64,000 nucleotides of DNA from Akkermansia sp. (GTDB lineage Bacteria > Verrucomicrobiota > Verrucomicrobiia > Verrucomicrobiales > Akkermansiaceae): the NCBI GenBank assembly GCA_045577775.1, contig JAZNIZ010000025.1:28353-92352 (forward strand). Direction: 5' to 3'. The position numbers were made by a program, and so were the translations under genes. Position 1 is the first letter of the stretch. Every line of letters starts with the position of its first letter. The notes under the pieces were generated by a model. The model was given only the letters and a program-made list of their open reading frames with translations, was not told the origin of the DNA and ran no database searches. This document shows positions 9,537 to 19,504 of this stretch, in pieces.

Positions 9537-10495
9537 ACTTCTCCCTCCTTCAAGGTGTTGCTTTGGCGGATAATGGTGCGGCGGCGTTTCAGGAAGGGCA
9601 GTTCTCCCGCCAGTATACCGTGCAGAAAGGTAAGCCCTATAAGGCTTGCGGGAAAGAAGAAGAGCAGCCCTGACCAGTCATGCCATGTTTTGCTGGCAAA
9701 AGCGGGGTCAATGTATTCGGCGCATACGAAGATGCTCGTTACGCGGAATGCGTTTGCAGCAATTGCCAGTGGAATGGCGCTAAATGCCAGAACAAGTCGT
9801 TTCCAGATGGGCATTTTGTCTGCCATATATCCCCACGCAAAGGAAATCATCACCAGAGCCATGAGGGAGCGCATGCCGGAACACCCACCTGCAATACTGA
9901 AAGGAAGCCCTTCCCCTGAGGCAAGGGTGATACTCGTACCCTCCTGAATGGTTTGAATTCCTAAAACGCCTGTTCCCCAATGGGCAGCGCTGGTTGCCAT
10001 AATCTGCATGCCAGAGGTTGCGTGCTGAAAGATGGGTACCGGAATGCTGAACCAGATGAAGCACAGTGGAAATGCACAGTGCAATGCGCACGTTCTTCCC
10101 CAGTAATACCATATTCCCCCCAACAGAAGAAAGGGAAATGCCCCATTGGTGATACGCCACTGGTGAGCATGGAACGATAAAATGAAAAGGAAACTGCCAA
10201 GCAGAACGAGCCAGAGACCGTGGGCGCTGCCGTGGAGCTGCTCTACCTTTATTTTTTTACAGGAATGCACCAGCAGCCAGATGCATATGGGAATTACCAA
10301 CCATCCGTGACCGTAATCATACTGAGGGTTCTGCCAGGAGTTGATCAGCATGTGGAAGCCGCTGGTTCTGTAATCCGGTGATACTGGGTGGAGTACGTAA
10401 ACCAGCGTAATCAGCACCATATATACCCCAAGTCCAACCCATGATAGCGGAGAAAGACTCATCCAGAATGATTTTTTTGAGATTTGTGTGTCCAA
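9533..10495 (-). CDS. Exosortase (exosortase/archaeosortase family)
   Basis: Polytopic membrane protein with YDYGHGWLV, catalytic-type GCSGMRSL, NAFRV and WHD. Confidence 0.88.
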   Translation of the reverse strand: MDTQISKKSFWMSLSPLSWVGLGVYMVLITLVYVLHPVSPDYRTSGFHMLINSWQNPQYDYGHGWLVIPICIWLLVHSCKKIKVEQLHGSAHGLWLVLLGSFLFILSFHAHQWRITNGAFPFLLLGGIWYYWGRTCALHCAFPLCFIWFSIPVPIFQHATSGMQIMATSAAHWGTGVLGIQTIQEGTSITLASGEGLPFSIAGGCSGMRSLMALVMISFAWGYMADKMPIWKRLVLAFSAIPLAIAANAFRVTSIFVCAEYIDPAFASKTWHDWSGLLFFFPASLIGLTFLHGILAGELPFLKRRRTIIRQSNTLKEGEV

Positions 10496-10585
10496 AATGA
10501 AAAAAAATCAGGTTAAATGTGCATTTAGTATTGCAATTTTTGCGAAAATGTCAAGAATAGTCGCTCACACACCTCACCTGCATAC

Positions 10586-11515
10586 ATGAAAATTATCAGC
10601 GGTACCGCTCATCCCCAGTTAGCTAAGGACATTGCCAAGGTCATGGGTCTTCCCCTGTGCGATGCAACTGTCAATACTTTCCCGGACGGCGAAAGCTTCG
10701 TTCAGATTAAGGAATCCATCCGTGGCGCAGACGCTTTCATCATTCAGCCCACCTGCCCGCCCACGAACCACAACCTCATGGAGCTGCTTGTGATGGTGGA
10801 CGCTGTGCGTCGCGCCAGCGCCAGCCGCATTACCGCCGTTATGCCTTTCTACGGCTACGCTCGCCAGGATCGCAAGGATAAGCCCAGAGTGCCCATCACC
10901 TCCAAGCTGGTGGCCAACCTGCTGACCGCAGCCGGCGTGAACCGCGTGCTTACCATGGATTTGCACGCTGCCCAGATTCAGGGCTTCTTTGAAATTCCCG
11001 TGGATCACCTCCACAGCGTGCCTGTGCTGATTAAGCACCTCAAGGCTAACTATGTGAAGGATATGAACAACCTCGTGGTTGTTTCTCCCGATATCGGCGG
11101 TGTGAAGAACGCCAAGAGCTATGCCAACATCCTCGGCACAGACCTCGCCATCGTTGCCAAGCAGCGTATCTCCGCCACCGAGGTGGATGCCCATGCCGTT
11201 ATTGGTGATGTGAAGGGCAAGGATGTGCTCATGGTGGACGATATGACCGAATCCGGTGGCACGCTTTGCGCCGCTGCCAAGATTCTCAAGGAACACGGTG
11301 CCGCCCGCATCTTTGCCGGCGTGTCCCACGGCGTGCTGACGGATACTGCCCGCCAGCGCCTGGCCAACAGCTCCATCGAGTGCCTGCTCTCCTCCGACTC
11401 CGTTCCCATGGCCTATGGTGAGCGAGTGGACACCGTGAGCATTGCTCCGCTTTTTGCCCAGGCTATTGCGAACATTCACCACAATGCTTCCGTGACCCAT
11501 CTCTTCGAGGTGTAA
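10586..11515 (+). CDS. prs: Ribose-phosphate pyrophosphokinase
   Basis: FPDGE, YGYARQDRK, DLHAAQIQGFF, SPDIGG and VDDMTESGGTL. Confidence 0.97.
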   Translation: MKIISGTAHPQLAKDIAKVMGLPLCDATVNTFPDGESFVQIKESIRGADAFIIQPTCPPTNHNLMELLVMVDAVRRASASRITAVMPFYGYARQDRKDKPRVPITSKLVANLLTAAGVNRVLTMDLHAAQIQGFFEIPVDHLHSVPVLIKHLKANYVKDMNNLVVVSPDIGGVKNAKSYANILGTDLAIVAKQRISATEVDAHAVIGDVKGKDVLMVDDMTESGGTLCAAAKILKEHGAARIFAGVSHGVLTDTARQRLANSSIECLLSSDSVPMAYGERVDTVSIAPLFAQAIANIHHNASVTHLFEV

Positions 11516-11545
11516 GACCTGCTGAAGCACAATCCGTTTTTACCA

Positions 11546-11575
11546 CAGCGGCAGCCCCTTTCCGGGCTGCCGCTG
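11546..11575 (+). terminator. GC-rich hairpin after prs
   Basis: CAGCGGCAGCCC / GGGCTGCCGCTG perfect 12-bp stem; no clear U tract. Confidence 0.55.
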
Positions 11576-11697
11576 CTGCGTTGGGGCGCTCCGCAAGGTG
11601 GAACGTGCCCGGGTGTATGGGCTCCGCCTGCGAATCCGGATATCACGGGCCGGTATGAGGCGCTGGCCCGCGAGCTGGAAAAATAACAAGGGGCGTC

Positions 11698-12066
11698 TCA
11701 GGTCAGGTAGCGGTCGATAATTTTCTTTGCCTCCCGGGCTTTCCTCACACATGTCCAGGTGGCCAGTATTTTGCCTGTGGTTTTGCTGTAAATCCTGATT
11801 CTGGGATATACCAGCAGAACAGCAACTATCCAGCAGGGGGGAAGATATTTGATGAGTCGCAAGATTGGTTCGGCCAGCTCGTCCTTGCCCAGCCCATAGA
11901 GAAGCCCGACCAGACCCAGTGTACCCAGAAGGAGGACTAAGAGTTTTCCATGCGGGCAAAGTTCCAGCTCCAATCTGCCTATTTCCGCATAGGGGATTTC
12001 AGTGCCTTTGTACGATACCGATTGCTCGGTAACGATGAGTTTTCCTTCGTTTAACAGTATGGCCAT
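11698..12066 (-). CDS. Hypothetical membrane protein (two TM)
   Basis: 122-aa ORF immediately downstream of the sulfatase; beta-rich N-terminus and two hydrophobic helices. Confidence 0.6.
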   Translation of the reverse strand: MAILLNEGKLIVTEQSVSYKGTEIPYAEIGRLELELCPHGKLLVLLLGTLGLVGLLYGLGKDELAEPILRLIKYLPPCWIVAVLLVYPRIRIYSKTTGKILATWTCVRKAREAKKIIDRYLT

Positions 12067-12072
12067 GGGAAA

Positions 12073-13599
<1,527 letters not shown>

Positions 13600-13687
13600 A
13601 TGTGCTAATCTATTATAATTTAGAATACTGAACAAGAAAAAACAGTCCGCCTTCCGGCGAGCTTGTTTTTGTACGATGTGTGGTTTT

Positions 13688-14491
13688 TCAGAAATCAAAC
13701 TGAGCATGTTCGGTCACTGGCAAGGACTGCATGAGTACCTGCGTGAAACCAGCGGCAGAGAAGATGTTATTGTGGTCTGCCTCGAAGCGATGCACTGTGG
13801 GTGGCGTGCGGAATGCCTGGATGAGTTTCTGGGTGCTGATTTCGGGAACGGCTTTGTCGTAATTAGCCTGCATGATGGTGACCGGGCAGTTAATCTGCGG
13901 GGCTACTCGGGCGGAATCCCAGGGATCCAGGGGCATGAGCCGGGGGATGATGGGAACAATGTTGCAGGCAACTGAGTTGATGTTGTCAAACGGGCAGACA
14001 AGAACGATACCTGCGGGAGATTCGGAGATAGCCACATGTGTGGCCACGGCACTCCCCAGGCTGAACCCTACCAGGTACAGCTGGGCGTTGGGGTTGCCCA
14101 TGGCTGTTCTGGCATAGCGGATGCCCAGTCGTGCGTCTGCCACAATGGCTTTCTGCCCCGGTTCACCGGTGCTGTTACCATACCCCCGGTAGTTCATGAG
14201 CAGATAGGAGCGCTTGGTGTCTGTTGCAGCAATGTTGGCCATCATGCCCACGTTCATGGCGTTGCCGCCATACATGACCACTAACGGGGTGTTGGGCCCG
14301 CGGTTGAAAAACCAGCCGCGCAGCGTGCTTGTACCGTCCTCGCTGGGGAATTCAATCGCATTTGCGGAAAACCCACAGGCGGCATCCGGCAGCTCCATGT
14401 TGCTGCCCGGGTATACCAGACCACGCATGGAGCAGGAACTGAGCACTATAAGCGCGGTTGCCAGTACACAGGACTGGAAGAGGTGTTTCAT
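13688..14491 (-). CDS. Alpha/beta hydrolase lipoprotein
   Basis: Lipobox LSSC, YRGYG, nucleophile motif GFSLG, and C-terminal Asp/His candidates. Confidence 0.85.
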   Translation of the reverse strand: MKHLFQSCVLATALIVLSSCSMRGLVYPGSNMELPDAACGFSANAIEFPSEDGTSTLRGWFFNRGPNTPLVVMYGGNAMNVGMMANIAATDTKRSYLLMNYRGYGNSTGEPGQKAIVADARLGIRYARTAMGNPNAQLYLVGFSLGSAVATHVAISESPAGIVLVCPFDNINSVACNIVPIIPRLMPLDPWDSARVAPQINCPVTIMQANYDKAVPEISTQKLIQAFRTPPTVHRFEADHNNIFSAAGFTQVLMQSLPVTEHAQFDF

Positions 14492-14496
14492 GATGG

Positions 14497-15894
14497 TTAT
14501 TTGTCAGGTTTGTCCTCGGTTTTCTCGGAAGTGTCAGAATTGTCGTCGGCTTCCTTGTCTTTGCGGCGTCCCATGGCCGTGTCTTCATCGTCACTCATAC
14601 TGGCGGCGGCGCGCTCCAGAATGTTGCGGCGAGAGCCTTTTGCCTCTACCTCCCAGATGGGGGATTCTTCCAGGAATGGGGGAATCTCCAATTTCTTGCC
14701 TACGCGGTAGTCCCCATCTTTTGTGAGTGCTTCTTCAATTTCCTTGAGATCTGGCAGGGTGTCGTTTGTGCGGAAAAGCGCTACCTTGGGGGCATCTCCT
14801 ACCTCGTATTTGCCGGTGGGGGCCTTGCCGGTTTCCAGCTCTTCTATGAGCAGACAGAAGCCGAACTCGTTTCCGGGGATTTCAGAGATGATGATGTCGA
14901 TGGGGTAGGTCTTTCCTTCCTTGACATGGAATTTAGTGCCGGTCTGGATGCCGCCGAGTACGTGGTTCCAGTGCGGAGTCTCCTCGTATTTGTAGAGAGC
15001 GCAACCGCCTTTGGAGGAGCTGATGTAGTCCTGATAGGCGCGCTTGGTCCCGAGGTCCATGTCGTCTTTGGAGGGGATGCTCCAGCCGGATTCCAGTACT
15101 ACCTTTTTGTCGAAGCGTACCACAATGGCGTCATCGCCCATGCCTACAAAGCGGAAATGCCCGCTTTTGGGCGCTTTCACCTGCCCGGAGTAGACCACAA
15201 TCCAGTCTTGCGGTTCCACTGTGCATTCCTGCTCACCTTCATTGCAACGGAAGGCCTTGGGCGCGTAGGAGGCTTTGCAGCGGGGCAGGTAGAAGTAGGG
15301 CGCAGACAGTTCTACCTTGGGCGAGTAGTAGTTTTTCAACATTTCGGGATCCCAGTCGGAATCCATGAAATTGTGGATAAAGCGAACCACTTTTTCGCGG
15401 TGCAGGGGGCGAGCTTTGTCATTAATCGGCTGTTTGAGGTCGTAGAACCGCCCGGTGAGGGCAGATTCCTCATCGGCCGCCAGCTTTTCAACCTTGCGCT
15501 TGAGCTTGCGCATGATATCAAACCCCTTGCCATCATTGGCAAACTGCTCCATGGATTTACCAGCGCGTTCCTTGAGCTGGTCCCAGCTGAAATGATCCGC
15601 GTTTCCTTTGTCTGTTTCGGCCTCCTTCAGGTCATTTTCTGCCTTTGAGGATACCTTTTTCCAGTTGGATTTCTTGTTATCACCGGAGCTGAATTTTTCA
15701 TTGGCGCTTGCAACAAGTTTATCCCAGGTGCCGGGGGCTTCCTTGGTGCAGGTTTTGCCTGCCTTATCCTTGGTGGATTTTTTGGTGGCCGGGGTCGCCT
15801 TGAGAGCGGAGACAGCATCATCCCAGAAGGCCGGGGCCGGCTGGGCAAGTGCTGCGAACAGGGGAAGAACCAGGAAAAGGGAACGCTTGCTCAT
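14497..15894 (-). CDS. Secreted hypothetical protein with a PA14-like beta domain
   Basis: Signal peptide, Lys-rich N-terminus, and VVYSGQVKAPKSGHFRFVGMGDD resembling PA14-type segments. Confidence 0.7.
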   Translation of the reverse strand: MSKRSLFLVLPLFAALAQPAPAFWDDAVSALKATPATKKSTKDKAGKTCTKEAPGTWDKLVASANEKFSSGDNKKSNWKKVSSKAENDLKEAETDKGNADHFSWDQLKERAGKSMEQFANDGKGFDIMRKLKRKVEKLAADEESALTGRFYDLKQPINDKARPLHREKVVRFIHNFMDSDWDPEMLKNYYSPKVELSAPYFYLPRCKASYAPKAFRCNEGEQECTVEPQDWIVVYSGQVKAPKSGHFRFVGMGDDAIVVRFDKKVVLESGWSIPSKDDMDLGTKRAYQDYISSSKGGCALYKYEETPHWNHVLGGIQTGTKFHVKEGKTYPIDIIISEIPGNEFGFCLLIEELETGKAPTGKYEVGDAPKVALFRTNDTLPDLKEIEEALTKDGDYRVGKKLEIPPFLEESPIWEVEAKGSRRNILERAAASMSDDEDTAMGRRKDKEADDNSDTSEKTEDKPDK

Positions 15895-15941
15895 AGTGAT
15901 AGTACTTTAGCGGATGCGCGTTGGGAAATCAAGCACCTTTT

Positions 15942-16064
15942 TTATTCTGTTTCATCCGTTTCGACTGCTTTATCGCTCTTGACAAGGCGAATGCAGCAGG
16001 CGATGAACAGAGTCCATACGATGCCGATGGAAAGTAACATAGTGATGATACCTGCGATGGTCAT
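15942..16064 (-). CDS. 40-aa single-TM protein, MetS-like NSS transporter small subunit candidate
   Basis: MTIAGIITMLLSIGIVWTLFIACCIRLVKSDKAVETDETE, 17 nt downstream of the last NSS gene. Confidence 0.6.
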   Translation of the reverse strand: MTIAGIITMLLSIGIVWTLFIACCIRLVKSDKAVETDETE

Positions 16065-16081
16065 AATTGTGTGCTTGGGGG

Positions 16082-17788
16082 TTAATTGTTTAAATCCTTG
16101 GGGTTGGTGTGTTTGTGGAATTTGGGGGAGGTGTAGATGACAAAGGCAAAGAAGAGAGCCACGAGAGCAACCCACACGATGGGGAAGATGGCGCCGGGCT
16201 TGCCTTCGAGTACATTGACCACCTGGCTGCTCTGCTTCACAAAGATATTCTGGTAGAGCCAGGAAATGAAGATGGTGAGCAGGATGCCCGGGGTGACCCA
16301 GCGGATGATGAAGCCGAGACCGGGGGGCAGGGGAATGGCTGCACCGATGCGCAGTTCCTCCAGACCGTTCCTGGTACCCCATACGATGTTGAACAGGGTG
16401 AAGAAGAGGAAGGAGGTGATGTAGAGGAACATGGTGCCGAACCAGAAGTCCATGGTGTCCAGGGCCATGAGCCCCTCGGTGAACCAGCCCACCATGAGGG
16501 TGCCTACGGTCACCAGGAAGGCGACCAGCGTTACACTTTGCACGCGGCGCAGCTGCCAGAACTCCTCCAGGAATGCCACCGAGGGCTGCAGCATGGAGAT
16601 GGCACTGGTGATGGCGCCAATGAAGAGCAGCAGGAAGAACAGGGTGCCGAATATCTGGCCTCCCGGCATGTAGTGGAACACCTGTGGCAGCACGTTGAAG
16701 CCCAGCCCGAATGTGCCGCAGCCCGCTGCGGCTACTACGCCCAGCAGCGCTACGGCTGCGGGAATAATCATCATGCCCGCCATGCCTACCTCAATGGCTT
16801 CATTGGCTGTATTGGCCGTGAGGGAGCTAAGGGCAATATCTTTGCGGCGGCGTACATAGCTGGCGTAGGAGCACACGGTGCCGAACCCGATGGAGAGCGA
16901 GAAGAATACCTGCCCGGCTGCGGTGAGCCACATTTCGGGGTTCAGCAGCCCCTGGGCAAGGGAGATGTGCTTTTCTTCCACGGCTTTGCCGGGGTTGGCT
17001 GTCTGAATGCGGCTGATAAGTTCGGACTTCTGTTCAGGGGTAGCCTGGGCGGGTACCATTTCCACTTCCTTGCCGTCCACGCAGAGCATGGTTTTGGTGG
17101 GGTTCCACATGTAGCCAAGCCCTTGGCTCACGTTGCGCTCGGGGTGGCTGGCATCGGGTGTGCCCAGGGTGAGAACTCGCGCCAGAATAATGAAGGCGGT
17201 GAGGAAGAGCAGGGGCATGCTCCATTTGCAGAACCACTCGATGCCCTTGCCGATGCCACGGAAGATGATGTACATATTGGCCAGAATGGCCAGGGCAAAG
17301 AACACCAGCTGAGTGCCGCCGCCCAGGAAGATGGAGCCATCGCCGGTGAGACCTACAAACCTGGCAAAGAAATTGCCATATTCCTCGCTGGTGCTGAGCT
17401 GGAGGTCACCCATGGCGGTGTGCCAGGCGTAGCCGATGGTCCAGCTTTCCAGCGGAATGTAGTACATGGCGATGCCGATGGTGGAGATAACGCCGGCGAT
17501 GCCGAGGTATTTCCAGCGGGCTTTGCCGCTGATGAGGTAGAAGATGCTGGCAGTGCAGTGGCCACCCAGGGTACCGCCTTTGCGACCAATGGCCCATTCT
17601 ACCCAGCTGAGCGGAATACCCAGCAGCAGGAAGGCAGTGAAGTAGGCAATCATGAAAGCGCCGCCGCCGTATTGGGCAGCCAGGCCCGGAAAGCGCAGGA
17701 AGTTGCCGAAGCCGATGGCGCTGCCGGCCACGGCCAGCATAACACCCAGATTAGTGTTCCAGTTTTCTGTTTTATTAGGTGAGCTCAC
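16082..17788 (-). CDS. Sodium-dependent amino-acid transporter (NSS/LeuT family), third in transcription order
   Basis: GSAIGFGNFLRFP, GGGAFMIAY, AAGQVFFSLSIGFG and TSAISMLQP. Confidence 0.93.
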   Translation of the reverse strand: MSSPNKTENWNTNLGVMLAVAGSAIGFGNFLRFPGLAAQYGGGAFMIAYFTAFLLLGIPLSWVEWAIGRKGGTLGGHCTASIFYLISGKARWKYLGIAGVISTIGIAMYYIPLESWTIGYAWHTAMGDLQLSTSEEYGNFFARFVGLTGDGSIFLGGGTQLVFFALAILANMYIIFRGIGKGIEWFCKWSMPLLFLTAFIILARVLTLGTPDASHPERNVSQGLGYMWNPTKTMLCVDGKEVEMVPAQATPEQKSELISRIQTANPGKAVEEKHISLAQGLLNPEMWLTAAGQVFFSLSIGFGTVCSYASYVRRRKDIALSSLTANTANEAIEVGMAGMMIIPAAVALLGVVAAAGCGTFGLGFNVLPQVFHYMPGGQIFGTLFFLLLFIGAITSAISMLQPSVAFLEEFWQLRRVQSVTLVAFLVTVGTLMVGWFTEGLMALDTMDFWFGTMFLYITSFLFFTLFNIVWGTRNGLEELRIGAAIPLPPGLGFIIRWVTPGILLTIFISWLYQNIFVKQSSQVVNVLEGKPGAIFPIVWVALVALFFAFVIYTSPKFHKHTNPKDLNN

Positions 17789-17812
17789 AGTTGTAAGGAT
17801 GCTTTATGAAGT

Positions 17813-19498
17813 TTATTTGTTGAAACGGCGCGAAGTGGCTGCTACAATGCAGAAGAAGATGGTGATGCCAACCGCCCAGACCAGCGGCAGAATGGCGCCG
17901 ATGCGTCCTTCCACAATGTTGGCCACATAGGGGCTGCGGGTGAAGAAGAGTTCCTGGCAGAGCCATGCCCCGAAGATGATGACCATGATGAGCGGGGTGA
18001 CCCAGCGGATGATGAAGCAGGCTGCACCGGGAATGCGGATGGCGGAGCCCTCGCGCAGTTCGTTCATGCCGTTTCGGGTTCCCCATATCTGGTTGAAGAA
18101 GATGAGGTTGAGCCCGGTGGTTACGTAGAGGATAAGGCTGCCTACCCAGAAGTCGATGCTATCAAGCGCCAGCATATCCTGGGTGTACCACACGATGATG
18201 AAGCCGCCCACCAGCAGTAACCCGGCCACCAGCGCGATGCTTTGCCCACGGCGCAGGTTCCAGTATTCCTCGACAAAGGAAACCGCTGGTTGTACCTGGG
18301 AAAGTGCGCTGGTTACGGCGCCGATGAAGAGCAGCACAAAGAACAACAGCCCGAAGAACTGCCCGCCCGGCATGGCGGCAAATACCTGTGGCAGCACGTT
18401 GAAGCCCAGTCCGAAGGTGCCTACGGTGGCGGCGGCTCCCATACCCAGCAGCGCCATGGCTGCCGGTACTATGGTGAGCCCGGCCAGGCCTACCTCGGTC
18501 ACAGAGTTAGCTGCACCGGCGCTCAGTGCGCTCAGGGCGATGTCCTTGCGGCGGCGTACATAGCTGGCGTAGCAGCAGATGGAACCGGAGCCTACGGAGA
18601 GGGAGAAGAATACCTGCCCGGCTGCTCTCAGCCACATTTCCGGGTTGAAGAGGCTTTGCCAGAAGGTCATCTGCTTTTCGCCGATAGTGGCTTCCGGGTA
18701 TTCTGCCTGCAGGCGGTTCAGCAGTTTCGCTTTTTCGGTCTCTGTGGCGCCTGCGGGTACCATGCCGATGGATTTGCCGGTTTCGGTATCGACGAGCATG
18801 GTTTTATCCGGGTTCCACATGTAGCCCAGGCCCTGGTTTACGCTGCGTTCCGGGTGCGTGGCATCCGGAGTGCCCATGGTCAGTACACGTACCAGCAGAA
18901 TGATAGCGACGATGAAGAGCAGGGGCATGCTCCATTTGCAGAACCACTCGATGCCTTTGCTCACGCCGCGGTAGATGAGCCAGAAGTTGGCTCCCAGCGC
19001 CAGCAGGAAGAAGATGGGCGCGTCTGTCTGGCCGCTGAAGAAGTGGCCATCGGCCCCCTTGCCTACGAAATTCGAGAAGTAGTCACCATAGGCCTGCGGG
19101 GTGTCCAGGTGCAGGTTGCCCATGGCGGTGTGCCAGGCATAGCCGATGGTCCAGCCTTCCATGTATACATAGTATACGTTGATGCTCAGGCCTGCCAGAA
19201 TGCCGAAGATGCCCAGGTATTTCCACAGCGGACGCTGCGAAATAAGCTGGAATACGGAGGCCGGGCTGTGCCCGCCCAGTACGCCGCCGCGGCGCCCGAT
19301 GCTCCACTCCACCCAGCACAGCGGAAGTCCCAGCAGCAGGAAGCAGCAGAAATAGGCTACGATGAAGGCACCGCCGCCGTACTGCGCCGCCAGGCCCGGA
19401 AATCGAAGGAAGTTACCGAAACCAATGGCGCTGCCGGCCACGGCCAGCATAACGCCGAGATTGGTTTTCCAGTGGTCTGTTTTTTCGCAGGTACTCAT
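17813..19498 (-). CDS. Sodium-dependent amino-acid transporter (NSS/LeuT family), middle copy
   Basis: Same NSS motifs; TM6 FFSLSVGSG, TM8 TSALSQVQP. Confidence 0.93.
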   Translation of the reverse strand: MSTCEKTDHWKTNLGVMLAVAGSAIGFGNFLRFPGLAAQYGGGAFIVAYFCCFLLLGLPLCWVEWSIGRRGGVLGGHSPASVFQLISQRPLWKYLGIFGILAGLSINVYYVYMEGWTIGYAWHTAMGNLHLDTPQAYGDYFSNFVGKGADGHFFSGQTDAPIFFLLALGANFWLIYRGVSKGIEWFCKWSMPLLFIVAIILLVRVLTMGTPDATHPERSVNQGLGYMWNPDKTMLVDTETGKSIGMVPAGATETEKAKLLNRLQAEYPEATIGEKQMTFWQSLFNPEMWLRAAGQVFFSLSVGSGSICCYASYVRRRKDIALSALSAGAANSVTEVGLAGLTIVPAAMALLGMGAAATVGTFGLGFNVLPQVFAAMPGGQFFGLLFFVLLFIGAVTSALSQVQPAVSFVEEYWNLRRGQSIALVAGLLLVGGFIIVWYTQDMLALDSIDFWVGSLILYVTTGLNLIFFNQIWGTRNGMNELREGSAIRIPGAACFIIRWVTPLIMVIIFGAWLCQELFFTRSPYVANIVEGRIGAILPLVWAVGITIFFCIVAATSRRFNK

Positions 19499-19504
19499 GG
19501 GTCC

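Noticed and set aside
11589-11604. 16-nt exact match CTCCGCAAGGTGGAAC also at 32461-32476
   Set aside because: About one such match is expected by chance in 64 kb, and the flanks do not extend the similarity.
11516-11686. Open frame in phase with the prs stop codon (possible read-through or gene remnant ending ...ITGRYEALARELEK)
   Set aside because: No ATG/GTG start, it crosses a strong hairpin, and it has no recognisable motif. This length is expected by chance in GC-rich DNA.
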